From Nitrospirota bacterium (GTDB lineage Bacteria > Nitrospirota > Leptospirillia > Leptospirillales > Leptospirillaceae): 64,000 nucleotides of DNA. This document shows, in pieces, positions 19,152 to 28,757 of this stretch. The notes under the pieces were generated by a model. The model had not been told where the DNA came from, made no database searches, and saw only the letters and a list, made by a program, of their open reading frames with translations. The translations under genes were made by a program, and so were the position numbers. Position 1 is the first letter of the stretch. Each line of letters begins with the position of its first letter. The stretch is from contig JAJZCZ010000001.1 of assembly GCA_021828805.1 (NCBI GenBank), positions 715 to 64,714 of the forward strand, written 5' to 3'.

Positions 19152-19933
19152 TGGCTCCAATCCCGGCCATTTCCCTGGAGTCGCTCTCAAAAAGCTTTGG
19201 CTCCCAGCAGGTTCTCAGAGAGATCACTTTTTCTGTGCCCAAAGGGGAGACTTACTGCATTATCGGAGGGTCCGGGCAGGGCAAGTCCGTTTTGCTCAAG
19301 CACGTCATGCGGCTCTTGCTTCCCGACAGCGGGACCGTCCGGATCAGTGGCGAGTCGATTGAGACGCTCTCCGGGGAAGAGCTCAACCGGGTCCGGAAGA
19401 AAATGGGCATGGTTTTTCAGGAGTCGGCGCTCTTTGACTCCATGACCTGTCTTGAGAATGTTGCCTTTGGACTCATGATGCACCGGAAGGATCTTGGAAA
19501 GAGGGAGATCCTTGATGTGGCCAGGGAAAAACTCCGGCTGGTGGGACTTCCCCGGACGGTGGAGGAAAAGTCTCCCTCCCAGATCTCCGGAGGCATGAAG
19601 AAACGTGTGGGCATCGCCCGGGCCATCGCGCTTTCTCCCGAGATCCTTCTCTATGATGAGCCGACGACGGGGCTCGACCCTGTCCTCTCCGCCTCGATTG
19701 ATGAGCTGATCGGGAGAATGAAGGCGGAGCTGAGCGTGACAAGCCTTGTCATCACCCATGATATGAGCAGTGCCTTTCGTATCGCCGACCGGATCCTGTT
19801 TTTGTACCGGGGAGAAATCCGCGCTTCCGGAACCCCGGACGAGATTCGCGAGAGTGGTGATCCCCTCCTGCAACAGTTTATCCGGGGGGAGACCAGGGGA
19901 CCCATTCCGGTGATTCCCGATGAAAAGGAGTAA
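19151..19933 (+). CDS. mlaF: Phospholipid ABC transporter ATPase MlaF
   Basis: Walker A GGSGQGKS, signature ISGGMKKR, Walker B ILLYDEPT. ATGA overlap with mlaE. Confidence 0.9.
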   Translation: MAPIPAISLESLSKSFGSQQVLREITFSVPKGETYCIIGGSGQGKSVLLKHVMRLLLPDSGTVRISGESIETLSGEELNRVRKKMGMVFQESALFDSMTCLENVAFGLMMHRKDLGKREILDVAREKLRLVGLPRTVEEKSPSQISGGMKKRVGIARAIALSPEILLYDEPTTGLDPVLSASIDELIGRMKAELSVTSLVITHDMSSAFRIADRILFLYRGEIRASGTPDEIRESGDPLLQQFIRGETRGPIPVIPDEKE

Positions 19934-19990
19934 CCGTCGCGCCGCTTCTCATCAGGCGTTTTCAGATGCTTTTTGTAAAGGAGTCTCTTT

Positions 19991-21520
19991 GTGAAGCTCT
20001 CTGCGGAAACGAGGCTGGGTTTTTTTGTGCTCCTTGCCGTGGGAACCCTCGTTTTCCTTTCTCTCCGGCTGTCCCATCATAAGATGAACCCGAAGCATTC
20101 ATATGCCTTCTATGCGGAATTCCGTTCGGTCGACGGTCTCGAGAAGGGAACAGATGTGGAGGTGGCCGGTGTCAAGGTGGGCGAGGTCGATGCCATCACC
20201 CTGGGATCTTCGGGCCATGCCCGGGTCAGAATGCTTGTGGACAAGAAGGTGGTGATTCCCTCGGATGCCCGGGCGATTATTTTTTCCAACGGATTCCTTG
20301 GAAAGATGTATGTGGAGATTGAAGAGGGTCCGTCAAAAATTCGTCCCCACCTCGACCCCTCAAGAGATCCTGAGACTCCGGGACTTCTCAAGAAGATTTT
20401 TGGGTTTGTGACTCCTCCGGTGGTGTATGCGGCGACCCCAGAAAACCCGGCTCCGGCTCCAACCACCCCCGCGCCACCCGCCGCCGACCCCTCCCCCCTT
20501 CCTCCCGGAGGGACCCTCTCCGCCAGAGGAACCACGGTGAGCGTCAACCGTCTCATCAAGAAACTCAATAAAGTGGCTGACGACATCAGCGCCGTTTCCC
20601 ATTCCCTGAAGGCTTCCATCGGCACGGCCGAAGGGAAGGATGAGATCCGGAGAACGCTCCAGCACCTCGATGAGCTGACGAAAAATCTTCGGGACTTTTC
20701 AAAGACCCTCAAGCAGAAGTCTCCGGATATTCTCAACAGAGTGGATTCGATTGCCACGAAGATCGACAACGGGGTAGGAACGATCGGCTCTCTGGTGAAC
20801 AAGAACGATGCCTATGACAGCGCCAATAGCTCCCTGACGCATCTCAACAGCATTCTCAAAAAGATTGATGATGGCCAGGGGACGGTCGGCAAGCTTATCA
20901 ACAACCCCGACGTTTACGACAACCTGTCAAAAACCCTGAAAAAGCTTTCCGGCGTGACGAACAAGGCCGACCGGATGCGCCTCGATGTCTGGATGCGCGG
21001 ACTTTATATGACAAAGGGAGGAACGTCGGAAGGGTTCTTTACCCTGGATCTCTATCCCCGTTCCGACAAGTTCTACCGGATTCAGGTGGTCAGTACCACC
21101 AACCCTTATTACACGCAGTCGACGCCCTACACCCAGGTCAACGGCAACTATGTGGCGGGGCCGACGCAGATCCTGGGAACCACCCAGGGACTCAAGTTCA
21201 GCGCTGAGTTCGGAGAGAAGTTCGGAGATTTTGATGTGAGGGCGGGACTCATTCAGAGCAGCTTTGGGGTGGGAGCGGACTACCAGATCCTGAAGAATCT
21301 CTCGCTGACATTTACGATGTACAACATCGGAACCTACGATCCGATTACGCCGAATCCCTACTCCCGTCTTTTCCTCACCTACACCCTGTTCGGACATCTC
21401 TGGCTGAACGCGGGCTATTACAATATGTTTAATGCCTCCGTGGCGTCCCCTATGGTCGGCGGAGGAATCATCATGAGCGATGAGACACTCAAGTATCTCA
21501 TCGCGGGACACCTCCCCTAG
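19991..21520 (+). CDS. mlaD: MCE-domain protein MlaD with long C-terminal extension
   Basis: N-terminal TM plus MCE domain (FRSVDGLEKGTDVEVAGVKVGEV). Pro/Ala linker, helical GT(I/V)G(S/K)L(V/I)N repeats, then a beta-rich aromatic C-terminus. Confidence 0.7.
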   Translation: MKLSAETRLGFFVLLAVGTLVFLSLRLSHHKMNPKHSYAFYAEFRSVDGLEKGTDVEVAGVKVGEVDAITLGSSGHARVRMLVDKKVVIPSDARAIIFSNGFLGKMYVEIEEGPSKIRPHLDPSRDPETPGLLKKIFGFVTPPVVYAATPENPAPAPTTPAPPAADPSPLPPGGTLSARGTTVSVNRLIKKLNKVADDISAVSHSLKASIGTAEGKDEIRRTLQHLDELTKNLRDFSKTLKQKSPDILNRVDSIATKIDNGVGTIGSLVNKNDAYDSANSSLTHLNSILKKIDDGQGTVGKLINNPDVYDNLSKTLKKLSGVTNKADRMRLDVWMRGLYMTKGGTSEGFFTLDLYPRSDKFYRIQVVSTTNPYYTQSTPYTQVNGNYVAGPTQILGTTQGLKFSAEFGEKFGDFDVRAGLIQSSFGVGADYQILKNLSLTFTMYNIGTYDPITPNPYSRLFLTYTLFGHLWLNAGYYNMFNASVASPMVGGGIIMSDETLKYLIAGHLP

Positions 21521-21689
21521 CCAAAGATACGCAGAAGTTTGACGCAGGGAGCACCGGACAGGTATTCTTTAAGGACCTGAAGACTTCTCTCAATTTCATG
21601 GATAGTGGCTTCGGCGTTCCTCCCCGACCAGGTTCCGAACCTGTCAGGAAGACGCTGCATGGCCCTTCTGTCTTACCGCAAGGACGACG

Positions 21690-23258
21690 ATGGCTGAACG
21701 TTTGAATCCCGAAGAGCAACAGGCTCTCGAATGGGAAGGCTCATCCGGGGTAGAGGGTGAAGAAATCGGAAGCCCCCCCGGCGGAGATTCTTCCAAGAAG
21801 TCTTCCTTTCCTTCGTCAAGTACCGTCCGTGACCATATCCTCATCCGGATACTTTCCTCCCTGGTGCTGGCGATTTTTCTCTTCATGACTCTGGCTGTCC
21901 TGACGATCTTTGGGACATTCATTGAACAGGGTCGTGATGCTTCCTACTATATGACGACCTATGGGCCGAAGTGGGGGCCATGGATCGTAGGTCTGAAGAT
22001 CGACAACATCTATCACAGCTGGTATTACACAAGCTTCCTCGCGCTTCTCTGTGTTAACGCGCTGACGTGTGTGTACCGCCGTTTCCCTGTGACCATCCGC
22101 TCGCTCTTCCGCGAGAGGGTCTCTGTCAGCCCGGACTTCCTGAAAAGACAGAGGGAGTACACGGAAATTTCCGTTCCCCGCTCCCGGGTTGAGTCCTCCG
22201 ACCTTGCCGGCGTTGTCACCTCACGCCTGCAAAGCCGCCGATACAAGGTGGCGGTGCAGCCGGATGGAAAAGAGATCGCCATTTTCGCCCACAAAGGCGT
22301 TCTCGGTCGTATCGGATCCCATGTCGCTCACCTCTCCGTCATCGTCATCCTGGCGGGGGGCCTTCTGGGAAGTCTCACAGGTTTCCGTCTCTTCGGAACA
22401 TTCTATGTGAATACGACGACCTTCATTCCCCAGGGGGGATGGGATCTCCGTGTCAACAAGTTCTGGATCACCCACTACAAGAACGGGATGGTGAAGGCCT
22501 ATTTCAGCGATGTGGACATCCTCAAGGATGGAAAGGTCTTAAAGCACAAGGTCGTTGCGGTGAATCATCCCTTGAGCTACGACGGCTTGCGCTTCTACCA
22601 GGCGAGTTTTGGCGAGGCCCCCGACAGACTCGAAAAGGCGGACATCCTTGTTGTCAATAAGGTCCAGAAGAAGTTTCTCGGGCGATACTCCCTGGCCTGG
22701 GACGTTCCGCAGGCCATTCCAGGAACGCCCTATACCCTGAAGATGATCCGCTATGTTTCGGATTTTGCCTTTGACCCCAAGACGGGCTCGGTCTTCACCC
22801 AGTCGGAAAAACCCAAGAACCCGGCCGTGCAGATTGAGGTGTCCCAGGATGGCAAGGTCATTGGAAGCCCTTGGTACTTTTATAAGTTTCCCCAGGTTCA
22901 GGTCTTGAAAAATGTTCCCGAATTCTTTATTTTCGGGGGGTATCATGCGCCCTTCTACACGGGGCTCGAGCTGGCCAAGGATCCTGGGGTCCCCATCGTC
23001 TGGACCGGCTCGTTTCTCCTGGTGGGAGGACTCTTCCTCTCTTCCTACATCTTTCACCGGAAGATCTGGCTTCGTATCCGTACCCGGGGAGAGGGGGTTC
23101 AGATCTTGGCCGGAGGCTTCGGCCACAAGGACAAGATCGGATTCGGACATGAGTTTGAATCCCTTGTCGCCGAGATTCGCTCGGATCTTTCTCCTCCTGG
23201 TGAAGCGCCTTCGCTTCCCGGGGGGATTGGAACGCCCTCCCTCTCTCGGGGTGTTTAG
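21690..23258 (+). CDS. resB: Cytochrome c biogenesis protein ResB/Ccs1 (system II)
   Basis: 522 aa. TM segments flank a large soluble loop. Immediately upstream of ccsA. Confidence 0.8.
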   Translation: MAERLNPEEQQALEWEGSSGVEGEEIGSPPGGDSSKKSSFPSSSTVRDHILIRILSSLVLAIFLFMTLAVLTIFGTFIEQGRDASYYMTTYGPKWGPWIVGLKIDNIYHSWYYTSFLALLCVNALTCVYRRFPVTIRSLFRERVSVSPDFLKRQREYTEISVPRSRVESSDLAGVVTSRLQSRRYKVAVQPDGKEIAIFAHKGVLGRIGSHVAHLSVIVILAGGLLGSLTGFRLFGTFYVNTTTFIPQGGWDLRVNKFWITHYKNGMVKAYFSDVDILKDGKVLKHKVVAVNHPLSYDGLRFYQASFGEAPDRLEKADILVVNKVQKKFLGRYSLAWDVPQAIPGTPYTLKMIRYVSDFAFDPKTGSVFTQSEKPKNPAVQIEVSQDGKVIGSPWYFYKFPQVQVLKNVPEFFIFGGYHAPFYTGLELAKDPGVPIVWTGSFLLVGGLFLSSYIFHRKIWLRIRTRGEGVQILAGGFGHKDKIGFGHEFESLVAEIRSDLSPPGEAPSLPGGIGTPSLSRGV

Positions 23259-23339
23259 TCCGGGACTGCTGGAGACCTGACAATCGACTCTCCTTCTCTC
23301 TGAACGGCTTTTTGCTGACCGGGGACGAAGGAGTGGAAT

Positions 23340-24218
23340 ATGGATCACTTCGCAAGGAGATACGAGATGTCACTTATCAACTCGGTCGGTTCTTCCTTTG
23401 TCCTGTACAATACCGTCATTGTTCTTTATCTTGCTGCAACCGTCATCTATTTTCTCTTTCTGATATCTCACCGCAAAGAGGTGGGCGCCATTGCCTCGAC
23501 GGTGACCTTCTCCGGATGGATCGTCAATACTGCCGCCCTCGTTGGCCGCGGTGTCGCTGACCATCACGCCCCCTGGTCCAATCTCTACGAGACCCTCTTT
23601 CTCTTTTCCTGGGCCTCCGTCCTCGGCTATATGGTGATGGAGTTCAAGTACAAGGTTCGCGTCGCGGGAGCCTTTGTCCTGACGATTGTCATGTTTGCCG
23701 TGGGTGCCGCCCGGATGCTTCCCTATCGCTATCAGATGGTGGAGCCCCTCAATCCCGCCTTAAATTCCTACTGGCTTAAGATCCACGTCTTTACCATGTT
23801 CCTTTCCTATGCCGCTTTCGGTATCTCTGCCGCTCTCGCCGGGATCTATCTCGCCAAGCGCCGTGCTGAAAAGAAAGGGACCGTAGGCTGGATTCTCCAG
23901 GAATTTCCCTCCGCTGAAGACCTCGATGATCTGACCTACAAATCCGTTCTTGTCGGATTTCCCCTGCTCACCCTTGGTGTGATCTTTGGAGCCATGTGGG
24001 CCTATGAGGCCTGGGGAGGCTACTGGTCCTGGGATCCCAAGGAGACCTGGTCCCTGATCACCTGGTTTGTTTATGCCGCCTATCTCCATGCCCGGATGAC
24101 CCGCGGGCTTCGGGGCGCTCCCAGTGCCTACTTTTCGATTCTCGGCTTTGTTGCCGTGATCTTTCTTTATTGGGGAGTGAGCTTTATCATCCCTGGCCTT
24201 CACGCCTACGCGGCCTGA
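23340..24218 (+). CDS. ccsA: Cytochrome c biogenesis protein CcsA/ResC
   Basis: Trp-rich haem-handling motif WGGYWSWDPKETW in a polytopic protein. Confidence 0.9.
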   Translation: MDHFARRYEMSLINSVGSSFVLYNTVIVLYLAATVIYFLFLISHRKEVGAIASTVTFSGWIVNTAALVGRGVADHHAPWSNLYETLFLFSWASVLGYMVMEFKYKVRVAGAFVLTIVMFAVGAARMLPYRYQMVEPLNPALNSYWLKIHVFTMFLSYAAFGISAALAGIYLAKRRAEKKGTVGWILQEFPSAEDLDDLTYKSVLVGFPLLTLGVIFGAMWAYEAWGGYWSWDPKETWSLITWFVYAAYLHARMTRGLRGAPSAYFSILGFVAVIFLYWGVSFIIPGLHAYAA

Positions 24219-24241
24219 AACGACGAAGGGATTCAAGAGCA

Positions 24242-24823
24242 ATGAAAGAGAAATGGCCTTATCTTGTGGCAGTAGGTTTGGTTCTTATTGCCATCGGCTA
24301 TGTCGTGAAGACAGCGAATATAACACCGGTTTCCGTGGGGGTGAATGCTCCGGACTTTGACCTGAAGACGGTTCACGGGAAGAGCGTTCGCCTTTCGGAC
24401 TACCGGGGTCGGGTTGTCATGCTCAACTTCTGGGCCACATGGTGCAAACCATGCCGGCAGGAGATGCCCTCCATGGAAGAGATGAGCAAGGGATTCCGCG
24501 CCGTGGCGGGAGACCGGTTCGTCCTGCTTGCCGTGAATGAAAATAATGTTTTTTATCAGGGCAAGATCAAACCGTTTCTTATAAAGTACGGCATTGATTT
24601 TTCCGTTCCAGTCGACCCGCTGGGCAAGCTCGACCATCTTTATAAGATTACCGGAGTTCCCGAGACCTTCGTGATCGATCAGAAGGGAGTCGTGGCGGAG
24701 CATGTAATCGGACCGCGGGACTGGCGAATGAAGGACAGCCTGGCTGTCGTTCATGATCTTCTCGACCATGGTCCTAAAACTCCTGCGGCGTATCTTGCTG
24801 CCCGAAAGGAAAATGCGGAGTAA
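24242..24823 (+). CDS. TlpA/ResA-like thiol:disulfide oxidoreductase
   Basis: TM anchor plus thioredoxin fold with WATWCKPC. Internal ATG at 24242 chosen. Confidence 0.8.
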   Translation: MKEKWPYLVAVGLVLIAIGYVVKTANITPVSVGVNAPDFDLKTVHGKSVRLSDYRGRVVMLNFWATWCKPCRQEMPSMEEMSKGFRAVAGDRFVLLAVNENNVFYQGKIKPFLIKYGIDFSVPVDPLGKLDHLYKITGVPETFVIDQKGVVAEHVIGPRDWRMKDSLAVVHDLLDHGPKTPAAYLAARKENAE

Positions 24824-25472
24824 TAAAATGGTGTCTTTTTCCCCCTTGTGCCGGGTGTTTGGGGGGAGAGGGATTTCCGGTCTCTGCGTGCTTCTCTGTC
24901 TGATACTTCTTCCCTCGTTTCCGGAAGTATCGTATTTGCTGGGTTCAAAAAGCCTGCTGGCGGAGACGCTGACTCCGGCGCGAGGGAGGGAGGCGGCCGT
25001 TTCTCTTTCGTCCTCGACGGCCTCAGAGCCCTCGGACCGGCCAAGGATTCCGTCGGTCCCCCTTCTGGATCTCTCCGGCCATTCCGTTCCGGTGCAAAGC
25101 CTTGTGGGCCATCCCCTTCTCCTTGTCAGTCTTATGGCGACATGGTGCCGTCCCTGTCTGGAGGAAATTCCCTCCCAGATTGCCCTCTCCCGCCAGATGG
25201 GGGGGCGGCTTTCTCTGGCAGGGATTGTGGAGGGTGCCGCGGACCGATCGATTCTTGAAGGGATCGCCCGCCACTATGGAAAGGCCTATCTTCTACGCCT
25301 TGATCCGACGATGCGTTTCTCCTCGGGCCTTCATGCTCATGCCCTTCCGGAGAGCTTTCTCGTCGACGGACGCGGCAAGGTTGTAAGCCGCGTGGAGGGA
25401 AAGGTCGACTGGACCGATCCCCGGGTCGTCCGCTATCTTGAAAGCTTCCTTGAAAAAAAGGCAGGAACCTGA
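24813..25472 (+). CDS. Second TlpA/ResA-like thiol:disulfide oxidoreductase
   Basis: Signal/anchor segment and MATWCRPC motif. The start could be 24813 or 24828. Confidence 0.7.
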   Translation: MRSNKMVSFSPLCRVFGGRGISGLCVLLCLILLPSFPEVSYLLGSKSLLAETLTPARGREAAVSLSSSTASEPSDRPRIPSVPLLDLSGHSVPVQSLVGHPLLLVSLMATWCRPCLEEIPSQIALSRQMGGRLSLAGIVEGAADRSILEGIARHYGKAYLLRLDPTMRFSSGLHAHALPESFLVDGRGKVVSRVEGKVDWTDPRVVRYLESFLEKKAGT

Positions 25473-26221
25473 TGTCTCACCAGCCGATTTCATGGACTCT
25501 GGCCTTTCTGGCGGGTCTTGTTTCCTTTGTCTCCCCCTGCGTTCTGCCCATCGTCCCTTCCTATGTTTCCTACATTACCGGCCTTTCTTTCGAGGAGCTG
25601 ACCGGCCGCTCCCAGACACTTTCCCGGGGGATCATTCTCCGGGAGTCCCTGCGCCACGCCCTGGTTTTCAGCCTTGGATTCTCAACCCTCTTCATCGGTT
25701 TTGGCGCATCGGCCTCCTTTCTCGGTGAGCTTCTTCTCACGTATCAGGATGTGATCCGCAAGGTGGGGGCTCTTCTCATCATTCTCTTCGGACTGTTTAT
25801 CGCCGGATGGCTCAAGATTCCCTTTATGAACCGGGAGCTCCATCTTCCCTTTCTGGGGAAAAAGGCGACGCTTTCCGGGTCGTTTCTTGTGGGCATCGGC
25901 TTTGCTGCAGGCTGGACTCCCTGTGTGGGACCGATTCTGGGGGCCATTCTCTTCTATGCCGGATCCCAGGGAACCGTTGCCAAGGGGATCATTCTTCTTT
26001 CTTTTTACTCTCTTGGTCTGGCCATTCCCTTCATCCTTGCGTCCGTTCTCTTCAACCTGTTTCTCGGGAGCATGCGCTCCATCAACCGCTTTATGCCGCT
26101 TCTGACCCGGCTTTCCGGGGGCTTTCTTGTCGTGATGGGGATCCTGATCTTCTCCAATGCCTTTACGATCATCTCCGCGTTTCTGACCCAGCATCACATT
26201 GGCTGGACACCTGATCTGTGA
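25472..26221 (+). CDS. ccdA: Cytochrome c biogenesis thiol transporter CcdA (DsbD family)
   Basis: FVSPCVLPIVPSY and GWTPCVGPILG motifs. Start shares a base with the upstream stop. Confidence 0.85.
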   Translation: MSHQPISWTLAFLAGLVSFVSPCVLPIVPSYVSYITGLSFEELTGRSQTLSRGIILRESLRHALVFSLGFSTLFIGFGASASFLGELLLTYQDVIRKVGALLIILFGLFIAGWLKIPFMNRELHLPFLGKKATLSGSFLVGIGFAAGWTPCVGPILGAILFYAGSQGTVAKGIILLSFYSLGLAIPFILASVLFNLFLGSMRSINRFMPLLTRLSGGFLVVMGILIFSNAFTIISAFLTQHHIGWTPDL

Positions 26222-27462
26222 GGCCCGCTCCGGAGAAACCTGGTAGCGCGAATCAGGTCGTCCGCGTTGATGCGGCTGTTGTGGGCCTCGGACCCGCGGG
26301 GAGCACGGCTTTGCGCCTTCTCGCTGATGCGGGAATTTCCTGTATCGGACTTGACCGCTCTACCTTCCCCCGGAACAAGGCCTGCGGGGGTGGAATTTCC
26401 GCCCGGACCCTTCCTCTTTTGCCGCCGGGTATTCTTGAAAATATTCCGCACCAGATCACCTCGGGAATTTCTCTCACCTTTCGGGGAGAGGGCTCGCAGA
26501 ACCAGGACTTCGGCCGGCCGATTGCCTATCAGGTTCGTCGGGATCAGTTCGATACCTTCATGATCGATGCCGCCAGGAGCGCCGGTGGCCAGGTTGTCAC
26601 CGGTGTGGAAGCGATCAGCGCCCGTCAGGAGGGGCGAGGATTTGTCCTGACTGCCGGCGACATGGTGATTCATGCCCGTTCGATCTTTGCTGCCGACGGC
26701 GCTACAAGCCGGATTCTCCGGGACCTTGATCCCGGGTCATCGCGCCATATCCGGGAGAACCCTTCTCTGCGCCCGTTTACCTCCGCCGAGGCCTTTGGAC
26801 ATCTTCGCCACCCCATCGACAATCGTCATGTTGCCATCGACCTGGGGCTTGTGACCGGGGGATACGCCTGGTCTTTTCCCAAGAAAGATTCCTCCTGGGG
26901 ACTGGGCGTCGCCGGCTTTCTCGGGCCGCTTTCGGATCCGAGGGGGGAGTTCGCCCGCTATCTCAATAGCCGCAAGGCTACGGTTGGGGACGCGGAGGTG
27001 TTGACCTGGCCGCTTCCGAACTTTCGTTCGGTCCGGCATGGCCGGATTCCCGGCCTTTTTCTCATCGGGGATGCCGGCGCGATCCTGGACCCCTTTCTGG
27101 GGGAAGGCATTTATTACGCGATCCTGTCGGCAACCCGGGGAGCTGAAGAGCTCATCCGGGAGCTTTCCCGGAAAGATGTCGAACCGGAGACCGCTGTGGC
27201 CCGGGCGTCGACCGCGTATGCCCGGTTCGTAAAGCATGCGCTCTGGCCGGATTTTTCCCAGGGAGCCCGCCTGGCCCAGGTCCTCTATCGCTTCCCCGGG
27301 CTCTTTTTCCGGATCACCCGACGCCACCCCGGACTTCTCGCCCTGTATGCCTCCATCCTGACGGGCAAGCATGACTATCGCTCCTTTTCCCGGGCCATGA
27401 TCCTCCGGGCTCTCTCCCTCCTCATACCCGGCCGGACACCCCTCTCCGGCCCCGCCCTGTGA
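26218..27462 (+). CDS. FAD-dependent oxidoreductase, geranylgeranyl reductase family
   Basis: Dinucleotide-binding motif DAAVVGLGPAGS, a later GDAAG-like LIGDAGAILDPFLGEGI. GTGA overlap with ccdA. Confidence 0.7.
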   Translation: MRPAPEKPGSANQVVRVDAAVVGLGPAGSTALRLLADAGISCIGLDRSTFPRNKACGGGISARTLPLLPPGILENIPHQITSGISLTFRGEGSQNQDFGRPIAYQVRRDQFDTFMIDAARSAGGQVVTGVEAISARQEGRGFVLTAGDMVIHARSIFAADGATSRILRDLDPGSSRHIRENPSLRPFTSAEAFGHLRHPIDNRHVAIDLGLVTGGYAWSFPKKDSSWGLGVAGFLGPLSDPRGEFARYLNSRKATVGDAEVLTWPLPNFRSVRHGRIPGLFLIGDAGAILDPFLGEGIYYAILSATRGAEELIRELSRKDVEPETAVARASTAYARFVKHALWPDFSQGARLAQVLYRFPGLFFRITRRHPGLLALYASILTGKHDYRSFSRAMILRALSLLIPGRTPLSGPAL

Positions 27463-28748
27463 AACCCTCTTCCCGTCCATTCTGGAAAGCGGGGAAAAGC
27501 AAAGGCCCCGAGGGAACCTCTTCTGAAAAGGTCCGCCTTGACAGGAGCTGGGCTTACTTTGGCCTTTTTCTTTTCTGGGCCGGAGGATTTGCAGGAGGGG
27601 GAGGGGGGATGTCCTCCATCATGCTGGGGTTAACCTCCGTCTTTCTGGGCCTTTTGGCCGTTCTTTCCCATGAAATGGGCCATCGTTTTGCCGCCCGCTT
27701 GCTCGGTATTCACTACGATGGGCGAAGGCTCTCTTTCTGGGGGGCCTTTCCCGAGTATCGTGTGGATTTCGGTCCTCCTGTACCGGCGTCGGTCACGGTC
27801 TTTCTGGCAGGTCCCGCCGTGAATGTTCTCCTCTGGCAGAGCTCCCTGTCCATTTTGGGAGCGGGACAGGGTGCCTGGAGCGTTTTCTTTCCACAAGTGG
27901 CCTTTCTCCTGCACCTGTTTGCGATGATTAATGCCGGTCTGGCCCTGGTGAACCTCTTCCCCGGATTCCCCTTTGATATGGGGATCGCTGTGGCGCAAAT
28001 CTTTTGCCGGGCCCATGGCCTTGAGCGGCCCGGGGAGGGAAGCCTTCCGGAGCGCCTCGGGTGGGCGGGGGCCTTTGCCGTCTCTCTCGTGGGACTTCTG
28101 CTGATCGGACGGGGGTTTCTTGTTTCGGGATTTGCCGGACTGATTGTGGGATTTCTCCTGTTTACCGTTCTTCTGGATTTTCGACGGAGAAATCGGGTGG
28201 CCCGGATTCTCGATGAAGAGGGGCTGGTGTCATGGATCGAGCCTGTTCCCTATCTCGTCCGCGATGAGATGTGGATGCAGGAGGTCATTCTCCGGGGGTT
28301 CGGGGAGGGGCGGGGAGAGAGCTTGCCTGTGGCCGGGGACAAGCTTTCCTACCGGGGGGAGCTGACATGGGAGCAGTCGAGACGCCGTTCTTTTATTCAG
28401 TGGGAGGGTATCCGGGTGCGTGACCTCGACGACCTCTCTCCCGGACCCTCGGTGGACTGGGCTGACGGATCAAGTCAGGTCCTTGAGGTTCTGGGGCGCT
28501 CACCGGACGGAGTTCCTGTTCTTCGGGGAGGTCGGGTGGCGGGATTTCTTCGGGCGGCCCCTCTCTACCAGGCGGCGACGGTCGATGGATACCTTGAGGG
28601 GTATGTGCATCGAAAGGGCGGGGACGGGGGGGCCATCGCTCCCGAGTATGCCCTTCCCCGGGGCGAGCAAAGTCCCACCGTGAAGAGTGACCATCCAAAA
28701 GAGGACCGGCCGGGCCCCGCGCCCCCTTCCCCCCCGGAAGGATCCTGA
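27459..28748 (+). CDS. M50-family (site-2 protease-like) membrane metalloprotease
   Basis: HEMGH zinc motif in a TM helix, and a downstream NLFPGFPFD (LDG-like) motif. GTGA overlap with the upstream gene. Confidence 0.65.
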   Translation: MKPSSRPFWKAGKSKGPEGTSSEKVRLDRSWAYFGLFLFWAGGFAGGGGGMSSIMLGLTSVFLGLLAVLSHEMGHRFAARLLGIHYDGRRLSFWGAFPEYRVDFGPPVPASVTVFLAGPAVNVLLWQSSLSILGAGQGAWSVFFPQVAFLLHLFAMINAGLALVNLFPGFPFDMGIAVAQIFCRAHGLERPGEGSLPERLGWAGAFAVSLVGLLLIGRGFLVSGFAGLIVGFLLFTVLLDFRRRNRVARILDEEGLVSWIEPVPYLVRDEMWMQEVILRGFGEGRGESLPVAGDKLSYRGELTWEQSRRRSFIQWEGIRVRDLDDLSPGPSVDWADGSSQVLEVLGRSPDGVPVLRGGRVAGFLRAAPLYQAATVDGYLEGYVHRKGGDGGAIAPEYALPRGEQSPTVKSDHPKEDRPGPAPPSPPEGS

Positions 28749-28757
28749 TCCTTCCCC

